A DNA stretch of 23,968 nucleotides. Source: Vicugna vicugna. Lineage: Eukaryota. A model generated the notes under the pieces. It was not told the origin of the DNA and searched no databases. It worked only from the letters and a program-made list of their open reading frames with translations. Below, in pieces: positions 1 through 11,549 of the stretch (within the stretch, counting starts at the first letter, position 1; each line of letters begins with the position of its first letter). Position numbers and translations under genes: made by a program. The stretch is from NCBI GenBank assembly GCA_013265495.1, contig MU058650.1:1244267-1268234 (forward strand), in the 5' to 3' direction.

Positions 1-288
1 GTATTTACATAAGCAATAGTGTAAGTTATTAATTGAGATGTGTTTAAGAAGCAATTGGATTCCTGATTCTTTGTGAATTTTTGACTTGTTGATTACCTGG
101 ATATAAAGCAAGGTCTTCTTTCCCCCTCAGGTTTCTCTCTCAGAAAAGAGCGAGTCACTTTATTCTACTCCATACAAAGGATTGTTTGGGGGAGATATAA
201 GTCTGAAGCTACTTCAGTCAATACTATAGAGTGGTTATGTTGTAGAGATTATGAATCAACGTTTACAACACACACCTACCTACAGAAT

Positions 289-540
289 GAAAAAACTGCC
301 CGAATGTGTATAAATAGGCACTTAGGACTCGGGTTAAAAAGATCACTAGAATTCAAAAAGTTCTGTAACTTAAACTACTTAATGAAAGGAAAGTGATAAT
401 TCTTTGACAGAACTAGAAAAAACTGCCCGGATGTGTATAAATAGGCACTTAGACTCAGGTTAAAAAGGTCACTAGAATTCAAAAAGTTCTGTAACTTAAG
501 CTACTTAATAAAAGGAAAGTGATAATTCTTTGACAGAACT
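289..540. repeat. Two-copy tandem duplication, unit ~126 bp
   Basis: 289-414 (gaaaaaactgcccgaatgtgtataaatagg...tctttgacagaact) repeats at 416-540 with 5 substitutions and a 1-bp indel (~95% identity). Confidence 0.97.
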
Positions 541-766
541 GGTAAATGACTCAGTCACTCAAGTGAGCATGAAGAGATGCCATAGATACCCTGGAAAAAT
601 TTAATGAAATGTTGAAAAGGGGGAAAAAGAATTTCTAAATACTATTTTGTATAGTATATGATGTTTAAATATGTGTAATGTAATAAAAGGGATATTATGA
701 GTAGACATTTGATTCTTTCATCTGTGTCACCAGAAGTTTACATATTGGCCAGAAAACTTTTTTTTT

Positions 767-960
767 CCACCGCCGCGGGCCGGAGCGCGCGGGTCTCCGG
801 CCTTGGGGTCGGGAGGCCGCTGGGCCGGCGGGCTCGAGGCCCGGCCGGGGGCTGGCGGGGAGCGGGGCTTCCCCGGGGCCGGCGCCGGCGGGGGCCGCGG
901 AGAGGGGACGTCTGGGCGCCGGGCCGCCGGGCCGCCGGGCCGTTAGCCTTCTCAGGGTCC
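767..960 (+). promoter_or_regulatory. CpG-island segment, G-skewed; probable promoter or start of intron 1 of a + strand gene
   Basis: About 32 CpGs in 767-943 versus about 5 in 1-766. G-rich + strand with G4-5 runs at 847-851, 857-860, 864-867, 875-878 and 890-894. (CGCCGGGC)x3 at 917-940. Confidence 0.75.
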
Positions 961-1959
961 CCGTTTCTTCTGAAGAGACAGTCTAAGAAGCGTGGAAGGA
1001 AAATCCAGGCAAATGCTGCCTAACAGGTTTTAATAACCCCCCCGCCCCCATGTCTGTTCTCCTCGTTCTGTCTGCTCGAAATTCCGAGTCAGACAGCGGT
1101 GCCTTCCGCCCCACTCCCTCCGTTTTCTGCATGCTATACCTTCCCCCCTATTCGCCTTTTTTGGAGTTCATGTTTTACCCGTTTTTCCCCTTAGGAAACG
1201 GTCCCTCCACCCCATTAGAGCACACAGCCAGACTCCTGGGGAAGCACCTCTGTCGTTTCAGGGCTTAGGAAAGTTGCCTTATCAAAGGAGACGGTCCAAG
1301 TTAGTTCTAAATATTTGGGGTGCCAAGGAAGGTCTAGGCCCAGAGGGGCAGAGTCTCTACCACCAGTTACAAAGGCTGGAAGAGAAGGAGGAAGACATGG
1401 TACTGGTTTCCTCTGTAATTTGGAGGGGTAGCTAGTATGTTATGAGAGAGAACGAGATTCATGCCTGTGATCTGAGACTTACTAGTTGCATAAAAACCAA
1501 TAAATCCAATGCAATAAAAACCACCTACTTTTTTTTTAATACTGGAATTTGATTGTAATAATAATTGTATTCACTACTTAAAGCAAGTGGACTGTTGCTG
1601 GATTTTGGAAATCTGTTGGGTATACAAAGACTTGGGTTGTACGTTTTGAGATACTCAGTGATCAGTTGCTTGGTGGGTTTATAGCTCCCAAAACCTTTCA
1701 GTCTTACTACTTTAAGTTTGTTGTTTTAACATGTAATTCTACTTGTTCCTTTACTTTTGCTGTTGCTATCTAGGCTCATTTTCTTCATTTCCAGCTGACT
1801 ATCCTATTCCAAATAGCAGTTGTTTAAATCTTACTTTTTTAAGCCTAACAAATTGTTCAGACTAATTCTTAGCATATTACTTAATCGCGCTATTTAAATG
1901 CTCTTAAGTTCCTTGGCCAGTACTACAACTTTCTCTGGTTTGCTGAATATTCTCTTCTC

Positions 1960-3146
1960 AAGGCACCTGTTACACTGCCTCCTTCCGTTTGTTCAGCCTT
2001 CATTCCCCACCCCTACCCCCAGGACTTAGCAGTGCGTCCCCCTTATTTTGTTTTTCTTCATCGATCTCACTTCTCTGAGGATAAGAAAGTTCATGTATTC
2101 TCTCTCGTCATATAAACTTGACCTGTACTCTGCTTTGCCCTCAAACCTTTGCCCTTTTTCTCTTTTTTCCCTTCACTGTCACAGCTCTTAGAAAAGCAGC
2201 CCCTACTTGCTGTCTTTATAATTCTTCAACCTTTTCCCTTAACTTACTACGACTTGGCTCTCTCCTTACCCCCCACCCAGTTAGATTGCAACTGTTAGTC
2301 TCAGGAGCACTGGCGACCTCCTGATTGCCAGAGGAGGTTCTCCTCTGATACAGTCATCTTGTCTTCTGATATTGTTGATTGCTGCCTCTGCTTCCCTTTT
2401 GGTTTTATGCCATTCTCTCCTTGGTCTCCTCTCTCTCAAGTTACTAGTGTTTTTCACTGACCTCCCTCCTCTCCTCAGTATAATTATTTCTCAGGATTTA
2501 ATCTTCATCCTTTTTCTGTCTTTAATACTTTTTTTCCTGGGGCAGTCTTAACTCCCATGATTTCACTATTTTTATCTCTTAACTCTGACCTGAGCGCTAG
2601 ACCAAAACACAGGGCTGACCGTATCGCTTTCCTGTCAGATACCTTTGATAGTTCAAATTCTTTGAGAGCTTTCCAGCTGGGTCTTCTCCTAATAATGTCC
2701 TCTCTCTCTCTCACACACACACTCTTACACACACACACACTCCCCTTCCTCTACTTTGCTGGTTACTTCTTGGTTCACTGGCATATCAGAGTCTTCAAGA
2801 CTCTATGTTTGCTGTGCCTTCTGTCAGAAATGCCCCCTCCCCTCAGTGTTGGTCTGTGACAGTCCTCCTTAGTCGTGGAAACCCAGCCCAGAGCCCTGCT
2901 TCCTTCTCAGCACCCTCGCTTGGAGTTAATTGTTGCCTACTCTGCGCAGCCGCAGCACTGCACGTTCCCTCTAGCACTTACATCGTACCTTCCGTGTTAG
3001 TTACAGCGTCTGTTTACATGTCTAACTCCCTTTCTAGATTGTAAGTACCAGCAGTTTAGGGACTTTATAACCTGTTGATGCTTTAACCATTTAGTGTGAT
3101 GATTACTTATGGGAGGTACTCCATAAATGAGTGATAATTGATTGAA
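1960..3146 (+). mobile_element. L2 LINE, degraded 3' part
   Basis: Remnant of the RT 'QSGFRPHHSTETAL..VTNDL' segment near 2240-2335. L2-like 3' tail 'ctagattgtaag...gggacttt...tactccataaatgagtgataattgattgaa' ends near 3146. Confidence 0.7.
2700..2740. repeat. Compound (TC)n(AC)n microsatellite
   Basis: ctctctctctctcacacacacactcttacacacacacacac, read directly. Confidence 0.9.
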
Positions 3147-3404
3147 AAGGGAAGTCTAATGTGGTATCCATGCATTGTTAAAGATGTTCAGTAAATGAGT
3201 GCTGATTGGTTAAAAGGAGGAATTTCTGGGTTTATTCCCTTCTAATTAGATCTAGAGAAAGAGACAGAAGGAGTAGAGGTGTAAAACCAACTTACAAGAC
3301 AATCCAAACTTTCAGTGGAAGCACCCTTTCTTCAGTGGAAACTTTTTTATCCTTTGAGAGGAAAGAAAAAGGAAATACAAAGGAGTGGTTCAAAGTGTGT
3401 GCAG

Positions 3405-3950
3405 AATTTATTCATTATTAAAATAATTTTATTGGACACGTGTGCATGGCACCATGAAGATATGTAAAACAATGTCCATGCTCTTTGGGGGTTTACTGTA
3501 TACTAAAGGAGATTAAAAAGTACAAATGATTAGCTAGAACTTCAGGAGTGTTTCCATGTGTTGTGTTGGTCTTTCACAGACAGAGGAGATCATTTCTGGT
3601 GGGATGATCAAGGAAGTTTTTATAGAGAAAGCACTGGTGCTGGATTTTGAAGAGTGGGTAGACTTTTTGTAGGTGATGATTAGGAGAAAACTGGATAGAA
3701 ATGGAGTCTAGATCCGTATGGCTGCGGTAAAAGCAGGGCTGCATGCTGGGTTGCATTCTGTGTCAGTGGTGCTCCTTGAAATTGTTGTGGCATAGTAGCC
3801 CAAAATACAGGAAACAGTAGAAGATAGGAGTACAAAGGAAAGTCAGGGTCAGATTATAAAAGGTCTTCAATGCTAGATACAGGAGTTTAGAATAAAGTTC
3901 CATAGATGATGAGGAATATTTGAAAAATATATGAGCAGAGATACGGTTAA
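3405..3950 (-). mobile_element. L2 fragment
   Basis: Antisense L2 tail 'atttattcattatt...' followed by purine-rich L2 motifs 'cagggtcagattataaaaggtcttcaatgc...aggagtttagaat'. Confidence 0.6.
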
Positions 3951-4117
3951 GCCCTCAGTCTAATTCTTGGATCTTATGCATAAAACCTATTCATTATTAC
4001 TTCTATCCTGTGTGTATTCAAAATCTGATTTGTGGAGTGGCCATGGATGAGGGGCATTTGCGCTAACGACACCATGTTCATTGAAATTATAGCAGGAGTC
4101 ATTAAATATGGAAAATA

Positions 4118-4490
4118 AATTCATCAATTCAACAAGTATTTTAACATTTTCTAAGTCCAACTTGATAACGGTGATCCAAGCAAATTCCTGCCCTTAAATG
4201 TAACTTAACATTTTGTAGGGGAAGAGATGATAAACATATAAGTATATGCACTACAGGTCAGGTTGTAATAAATGTTATGAATAAAAACAGTCATGGTAAA
4301 GAGTAGTCATAGGTGTTATTTTTGAGGAATGATCAGGGAAGGCTTCTAAGGAGATGACATTTGAAGTTAGACCTGAATGAAGCAAGGGAGCAAGCCATAT
4401 ACATTTTTAGGAGAAAATGCCCAGGTGAATGGAACAGGAGCAGGCAGTGTGAAGGCATTGAATCAGGAACATGCTTCTCAAGGATTATGG
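4118..4490 (-). mobile_element. L2a-like fragment
   Basis: 'ttcatcaattcaacaagtatt' tail and the diagnostic 'gatcagggaaggcttctaaggagatgacatttgaagttagacctgaatga'. Confidence 0.8.
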
Positions 4491-5324
4491 GTGTTGTGAT
4501 AACCAAGATGTAAATGTTGTCAGTGAATGTGGCCAAGACTAGATATTTCTTTTTAATGTTTATTTAAACATAATTGAGAGCCTTATTTAGAACCTAACTT
4601 GTCAGTTTTCACTGGGTTGATGAAAATTGCCCTCTTGAATGGGCAGGCTAAGGGGATCATGATCTTTAGGGCCACCTTCCCTCATTCCAGTGGCCTCTCT
4701 GAGACATGGTTACATTTGACCCTCAGAGCTGAGGATAAGAAGCAGTTCAGGGGAATGTATGTTGGCCATGGGTAGGGGTGGGAGTAGTGGACTAAATCAT
4801 TCACTGTGAAATTGTGTGATAAATATAAATGTGTAAAAATGAAAAATAAGAAAACCAGAAAACAACAAAAAATGTGAAAATCTTTCATGTTCTGTGAAAA
4901 TGAGTGAGTGAGCAGTTGCCATAATCTGCAGGTGATATAAGTTAATTAAAGCTGCTAACAGGAAGTGACAGTGGAAGATAAACTTTGAGAGATTTATCAA
5001 TTTATCCCTGGATTAGAAGGGAAGAGTTTTAGACTGCAGTAGGGTTTCTAGAGGACACTAAGCCTCTGTTTGGTGGGCAGAGAAGGGTGGAGAAAGACAG
5101 AGACAGGCGTTTCTTATTAGGTATTTTGCTAGGGTCCTAGTGAACCGAGTTGTGATGCTGAAAGTCATCAGGCTCTGGCCTTGGTATAGCAGATGGAGAA
5201 AGCTGGTGCCTGCTGGGCTCTCTGAGCAGGCGAACAAGTTACAGCTCAGGTTAAAACACTGGACACAATACATGGAGTACATGCAGGTAATAATTTCAGG
5301 GACATTTGATGTGTGTACCTGGGC

Positions 5325-5945
5325 TTGTTCATTCCACAAGTACACGAGTCTCCTGTCTGCTGGATGCCGTCCTGCGTGTCAGTGGTACAGCAGTGAGAGG
5401 ACAGGCGAGGTGCCTGGTCTCTGGATCCTACATTGTAGTATGTAAACACTGACACCAAAGAAGTCAGTAACACACTGGGTAATTTTTATAGTAGTGAAGT
5501 CTCTGATGAAAACAATATAATCAAGAGTTCTTAGAGGGTGACGCCACTATTTTACTTACTTATTTACAATAGAAAATAATTTTTTATAGCTTTCAGCTGT
5601 GTTCTGTTGCGTTTTCCTTCCCTGCTACTTGATGACATTTCAGCCAGATCCCATAGCTTTTTGGTCTTTTTAAAAAGTATTGGTTTATCTGAATTAAAAG
5701 TTCTTTCTCATAGCCAGTCAAAGCATCTGTCTTTCCAGCTCAAGACCTTGGCTCTGGCTCTGCAGAGAGGAAAAGGGAAGGGCATTTTTCTTAGGTTGGT
5801 TTGGGAAGGCCTGTCTGGAGTGACATTGACGCTGAGACCTGAATGATCTGCTTTCTAGGCAAAGGTTTTGAGGTGCAGTGGTGAGCTTGGCACATCTGAG
5901 GAACACCTTTAAAAGGATGGTGTGGCTGGAACATAGTGAGAATTG
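5325..5945 (-). mobile_element. L2 fragments (5325-5470 and 5790-5945) separated by unassigned sequence
   Basis: 'ttcattccacaagtac...tacagcagtgagaggacag...ggatcctacattgtagt' and 'gggaaggcctgtctggagtgacattgacgctgagacctgaatga'. Confidence 0.7.
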
Positions 5946-6497
5946 CCAGTATTCAGGTATATACTGTAGTTTTGTGGTTCTTTCAGTTAATGGGGATTGC
6001 AAATGTGGTTTTAAATCACATAACTGGGAGCACTAATGGCTCATAGACATTGTGGGAAGCCACACATTCAAAAAGCTAACCTCGTAATTTACACAAAAGA
6101 CTTAAAGTATATAAATTGGATTCCTTTTGAAAGTTATTAGAATACCATCATTGGATATAATCTATAGTCAGTAGATCAGGAACTTCAAAGAGGGAACAAA
6201 TACGAATCTTAAAGCACCTGAACTCCTTGTGTTGTAAAAATGTAGTGGGCATGAAAGAACACAGGTGACAAAAAATAATTGCTATTAGTTGTGTGGATGT
6301 TACTATTTCTTGTCTTGCCTACAGCTTGTCCTTTAATTTTTCTTGTACTTTAGTCATCATGTAGTAAGACCTACAACAATAATAATTACATTCTTTGTTT
6401 CCTTTTAAATATGTAACACTTGACATGGTTATAAAATACTGTAGTAATGTTGTTCCCAGAACTTGATGGGGTATGTTTTGTCCTGTGTATTGTGCAG

Positions 6498-6559
6498 AGA
6501 TTTCTGAATATTTTTCAAGGCAAACTAATAGTTTAATATTTGTGTTATTTCATTGTGAA
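6498..6559 (+). other. Candidate small exon (62 nt) with overlapping tandem donors
   Basis: Acceptor ttttgtcctgtgtattgtgcAG ending at 6497. Donor GTAAGT at 6560-6565 overlaps a second donor GTGAGT at 6564-6569. Lies in sequence with no recognisable repeats. Confidence 0.3.
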
Positions 6560-6926
6560 GTAAGTGAGTAAAATGATTCTGTTACTTTTAAAACATTTTG
6601 CAAGCCAGTGGAGTTTTCTGTTTTTATTTACTTTCATGTGTTTATTTAAGCATTCCTGTTTTTTAACATGGTACCAAATTTTATATTTGCATATAAGGTA
6701 TTATACATCTGCTCTTTGTTGGGATTAAATAACATGGAATTGTTGTAGATGAACTCATTGCTTGGAGAAGCACTTTTGAATTTCAGTGGGAGGTGTAGAT
6801 TTTTTAAGTGATAATATATTCTAGAAAGATCTATATAGTATCTTCCATTACTGGCCTGTAACAGCTCCCCATGTGCTAACACATTACAAAAAATTAATGT
6901 TTTTCTGTAATTTACTTTCTTCTAAG

Positions 6927-6966
6927 GTTTGTTTGTGTTTCTTTGAAACAACCACCAGCGCTATAG
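6927..6966 (+). other. Candidate 40-nt internal exon (probably 5'UTR or alternative)
   Basis: Polypyrimidine acceptor ttttctgtaatttactttcttctaAG|G and donor TAG|GTAAGA (GT at 6967-6968). No ATG inside. Flanks lack recognisable repeats. Confidence 0.5.
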
Positions 6967-7379
6967 GTAAGAGATTGTGGGACTTGACTTTCAATCTGTT
7001 TTAAAACTGATTCTTCCACTAGGGAATATTTTTAGATAAAGCTGAATGTGTTTTATTTGGGCTGGGCAACCAACACGTTATCTTGAAAGACTCTGATTTC
7101 TTTCTACCAAGTAGAGCAGGGGAAGGAAACTGAACCTTTGTTCGCCTGTTTTTCATCTTTCTTTTTTCATGCTGTTTTTACCCTCTCTCTTCTAAGTTTC
7201 TGGGAAACTTTACGCTCATTCCGCCCCCCCCCACCAGCTGCTGGGGAGACATTAAGTAAAAAGCAATTCAGTAGTAAATACGCTTTCATCTTAAAATAAA
7301 GAGGGGAGAGCACGGGCAAAAAGAAATGAACACCAAGAGTTACAACTTCAACATTTGCTTTTATTGGACAATGCATTCA

Positions 7380-7640
7380 AAATACATCACCGCTTCTAAA
7401 CTGTCCAGTCAAATCCATTACTCCCCCAGTGTTTCTTCTATGGGCAGTGACTCCACCAGCCATTCATTCAAGTCGGAAATCTGAGAGCCTTGTTATATTA
7501 TCCAGTAGGCAGAACAAGCACGTGGTCATGAACCACAAGAATGTGAATTACTTGAAGACCTTTCATTTATGTGTCCCAGTGATTGGCATAATCCTTCATG
7601 TACTTTAGGCACTCCGATGTTTGTTGAATGAAAAATGAAG
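7380..7640 (+). mobile_element. L2 fragments with 3' tail
   Basis: Ends 'taggcactccgatgtttgttgaatgaaaaatgaa', a typical L2 tail. Confidence 0.6.
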
Positions 7641-8174
7641 GGCAGGGGCCGCCTGTCTGACTGCAATGGGCATACTGCATATAAGTGTAGTAAATGAATA
7701 TGAAGGAACCACCCCCATCCCAAATGAGTTCAAACTCTTTCATTAGTTTTCTTCTCCTTAAAATTAGTTTGGATTTTTAAAAATATAAGCATTGTCAGAA
7801 TTTGTTTAAAAATTATTTTTGCCTCTATAAAAGAACCCTAAAAGTTTTGGGGTTTTTTTTTTTTTTTGGCTCCTCATTTATAGGTCAGAAGAAAGCTGAA
7901 AGTTTTGAAGGGAAGTGTAATGTGAAAATTTTCATTTTACTAGAAAAAGATGTTTAACTTTTTGGAAAATAATGTCCTCCCCTTCCCCCACAATGTTTAA
8001 AGAGAGACTTTTTTTTTTTATGTAGTGATGTTTCCACCATGTGGCTTCTACATAATTGCTACTAAATTTTTATAATCATAGTCCCCCCCATCCCAATTTA
8101 TAAGCCTGATGAGATGAAGCCAAGGGCTGGATCTGGCCCAAAGGTTAGAAGTCCCTTCAGTCCTCTTTCAGGGA

Positions 8175-8416
8175 AGATCCAGGGAGTATTTAAGAATGTG
8201 GCTCTAACTGAACTAAACTGCATGAGCTTGACCCCTTACTCTGCCACTGACTACTTGTAACCTTAGGGAAATAACCTAACCTAATCTCAGGTTACAGTGT
8301 ATAGTTTTTTCACCTCTAAAATGGTAATAATGTCGCCTAACACATAGGATAGTTGTAAAGATTAAATGAAGTATTTAGAATAGAACCTGATGCGTAAGTA
8401 GCAATCAGATGTTATA
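8175..8416 (+). mobile_element. MIR SINE
   Basis: Core motifs 'ctctgccactgactacttgtaaccttagggaaataacctaacct', 'tttttcacctctaaaatggtaataat' and 'gttgtaaagattaaatga'. Confidence 0.9.
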
Positions 8417-8850
8417 AAGGAAAATGATCAAAGTGATGGAGTGATCTGTGCTGAAGTTAAATAATGGAGGGTATAAATAGCTGAATTCATATTTTTTCAC
8501 AAGTCTCAAATGTTTGAACTACCCATAGAAATGTAAAGAAAACTTATTTGAAGATAAAAGGAAATGCTCTTTTATACCACATTTATCACACATACAAAAT
8601 TTTTTGGCTGGTATAACCCAAAATTAACCAAATGCCGTGTGTTTGCAATGAGAGGAATAGTAGAAAGCCTTGCAGTGGAATGACTGAGCAAAAATATAAT
8701 GAGAATTTTTTTTTGTCATTCCAGTTTCAAGCATCCTAGTCTGATTAACTCCTCCTCTTTTTCAGACTCATGCTAGTGCTCTTATTCTGATAATCCAACT
8801 TCACTAGGGTCTCCAACTCACTGATTTCTGCCTTATTGTTTAATATCTTA

Positions 8851-9802
8851 CATCTGTGGGTTTATAGTTTTCATCACATTAGGAAACGTTTTGGCCTTTA
8901 TTTCTTCAAGTATTCTCTGCCTCCCGAGATCCCGGTTACATGTAGGTTAGGTCATTTGATTTGTCTCACGGCTCACTGATGCACACTTTTAAACATCTTT
9001 TGTTTCTACATTGTTCATGCTTTCAGCTGTCTTCCTGAACGTGTGGCGTACGTATATAACAGCTGGTTTAACGTCTGCCATTATCTGCTAAAACTGTCAT
9101 CCACGTCATTTCTGGGTCAGTTTCTGTCGATGGGTTTTTCTCTGGATGGGTTTATGTTTTCCTCCTCCTTTGCCTGCTTGGTAATTTTTGATTGGATGCC
9201 AGACATTGTGAGTTTTATGTTTTATGGGCTGGATTTTTAAAATTTCCTATAAACATTGTTGGATTTGACGGTGACACAGTGAAGTTACTTAAAATCAGTT
9301 TGATCCTTCTGAAGAGTGCTTTTGTTTTGTTAGAGTGGAGTCTGAACAGCACTGAGGGCCGGGCTGCTTTGTGTCTTTACAGATGCAGCGGAGCTTCCTG
9401 AAGATGCTGCCCGGTGGTTATTTCCCCAGTCTCTGGTCGTTTTCTCACTCACACATACAGGCCAATATTTAATAGTCAAAGGCTCGAGGGGACCCCATGG
9501 TATATCTTCAGAGCCCCCCTTTTTTCTGATACTCTGTGCTACACATTTTTGTTACTTTGGCCTCCCCAAACTCTGAGCTGTGTCTCCTGAACTTAGTGAA
9601 ACCCCAGGCTCTGTGGGTTCCCTCTGCTTATGCTCAGGCCTGGAAAGTCCACAGGCAGCGTGCTTGGGCATTTGCAGGGCTCACTGCGTTTGTTTACCTT
9701 GCCTCGGGAAAGCAGTCCTGTGCTGCCCTCTGGCTTTCCAGTTGTTTAGGCAGGAGGGCAAATCTGGCCTCTGTTACTCCATCGTGGTTGGAAGCAGAAG
9801 TC
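8851..9802 (-). mobile_element. Ancient L1M 5' end (5'UTR plus ORF1 remnant), L1MC/ME-type
   Basis: Minus strand starts gacttctgcttccaaccacgatggagtaacagaggccagatttgccctcc, an old L1M 5' terminus. ORF1-antisense motif 'ttttggcctttatttcttcaagtatt' near 8890. Confidence 0.8.
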
Positions 9803-11152
9803 TCTGTCTCTCATCATCCTATTGTCCTTTCTCTTCCCCTTAGCCTGTCATGAATTTTCTGTTCAAGCATCATAATCTCTCCCTTGAATACACTTTTGAC
9901 TCCCTTGTTCCTCTCTTGTTTCACTGGCGAAAACCACCATCCCAGTTAAATCCATCTCTTCACCTTGCAGTGCCGGCCTCCGTGCAGTTGAATTGGAGGA
10001 AAAGACACGCACATGCTGTTTTTGCTTTAAATTCATGACCGCAGACTATGACTGAGGCAGATCACACCACAGTTCCATGGTCGCTTATTCTTCCACTTTC
10101 CTAGATGTCTGTTCGACGTCTTTTCTCTCAAAATTTTGGCACCTCCTCCCCGATCTTCCACGGCATTTTTCTTATCTCCATATCACTGAGAAATTGAAGC
10201 AGTCAAAAGGGAGCTTCTCACAGCAGTGCCACATGCCCGCTCCTGCCAGCATCTGCACGTCCTGCGTGCTCTGCCTTCCCAGCTTGGCGTGGAGTCCCTC
10301 CACCTGTGCACTGGATTCCGTTCCTTTTTGTCCACCAGGGCATTTTAAATTCTCCAACGATTTCCCTCTTTTTCCCCATACATCACTGTTAATATTATAT
10401 CTTGGAACATGCCTATCAGTATACAGACATACTGGATTCCATCTTAAAAAAACTTTTTTTGACTGTCAGTCAGCCTAGCAATGACCATGCTGCTTCTGTG
10501 CTCCCTTTTACAGCAGCAATTGTCAAGAGTTGGCCAAAGTTTCTCCAGTCCCGTCTCCCCTCTTCCCCCTCCACTTTCTCATTCTAGTCCAGTCCAGCTT
10601 TTGTCCTTACCACCCTACAGAAGTTGCTGTTGACAGAATCTCGGTGACCCTCGCATTGCTGTCTCAGTAGTCATTTTACGTGACCCGTCAGGAACGTTTG
10701 CTCAGGTTGATTACTCTTTCTTTCCTGATACGCTCTGTTTACTTGGTTTCCGGAATACCACATTCTTGACTTCCTTTCCACCTCCCTGGTTGCTTTGTTT
10801 CCTTTCCTAGTTCTTACTTGTCTCCGCACCTCTCAGTATTAGACACCTAACGACTTGGGCTTGGCTCTTCTCTATTTATGTAATTTACTCCCTCAGTGAT
10901 CTCATCCAGTAACAAGTTTTAAAATCCATCTGCACTCTGATGACTTCCAAGTTTTTATTTCTTGGTCAGATGTTTCTTTTAAATTCTAGATTTGCTTGTT
11001 GAACTGCCTACTCAGCATCTTCAAATGGCTGTTTGATAGATGGGTCAAAAGCAGCATCTGAAACTGAGCTTCTGGGCTTTCCTTCTTCATAAGCTCATTG
11101 CATCTGCAGTCTTTTCTACTGCAGTTGATGGCAGTGGCATACTTCTTGGACA

Positions 11153-11549
11153 TGCCAAATCACAAAACTGAAACAATTTAGTAACAGATTTGATGTCCTT
11201 TATTAAAGGGAAAATAGCCCATGGATTAGAGGAGTACAGTGCCTGACAAGCAGTGAAGCACTTTTCTTGAAGGATTTTGGGCAGGTTTTATAGAGTGTCA
11301 GAAGAGGCAATACAGAAACAGGGCATGACTGGCTAGGAGGTCAGATTTCCTTATAAGGTAAGCAGGTCCCATTTTTCAGGTAGGGTTAGCTAGCTAAGGC
11401 TGAGTTGGAGGATTGTGACTGGTGTTAAGTTTCCTCGACAGAGAGGTGTTTCCCAAATGTGCAGGCTGATTTAGGTTTAGGTTTTTGACATGGGCTGGGC
11501 CAGTAAGGAGGCCTCCATTTTATTGGTGCCAATATACAAATTAACTTCA
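11153..11549 (-). mobile_element. Solo LTR, probably ERV1 class
   Basis: Minus strand runs TG...CA over ~400 bp with TATAAAA (11286-11292) upstream of AATAAA (11199-11204). Interrupts collinear L2. No clear TSD. Confidence 0.75.

Noticed and set aside
289..540. CRISPR-like or satellite array
   Set aside because: Only two long adjacent copies with no spacers, in a eukaryotic context.
697..1023. 108-aa Arg/Gly-rich ORF
   Set aside because: Stop-poor by-product of the GC-rich segment; it crosses the suspicious 767 junction and has no recognisable domain.
3906..4028. Box C (ATGATGA) and downstream CTGA as a C/D snoRNA
   Set aside because: Box C lies in L2 sequence, with no terminal stem or recognisable rRNA guide.
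5058..5473. Three overlapping ORFs of 75-101 aa
   Set aside because: They partly overlap an L2 tail and show no coding-like features or known motifs.
9043..10587. Cluster of + strand ORFs (61-133 aa)
   Set aside because: They fall in antisense L1M and degraded L2 sequence; repeat-derived chance frames.
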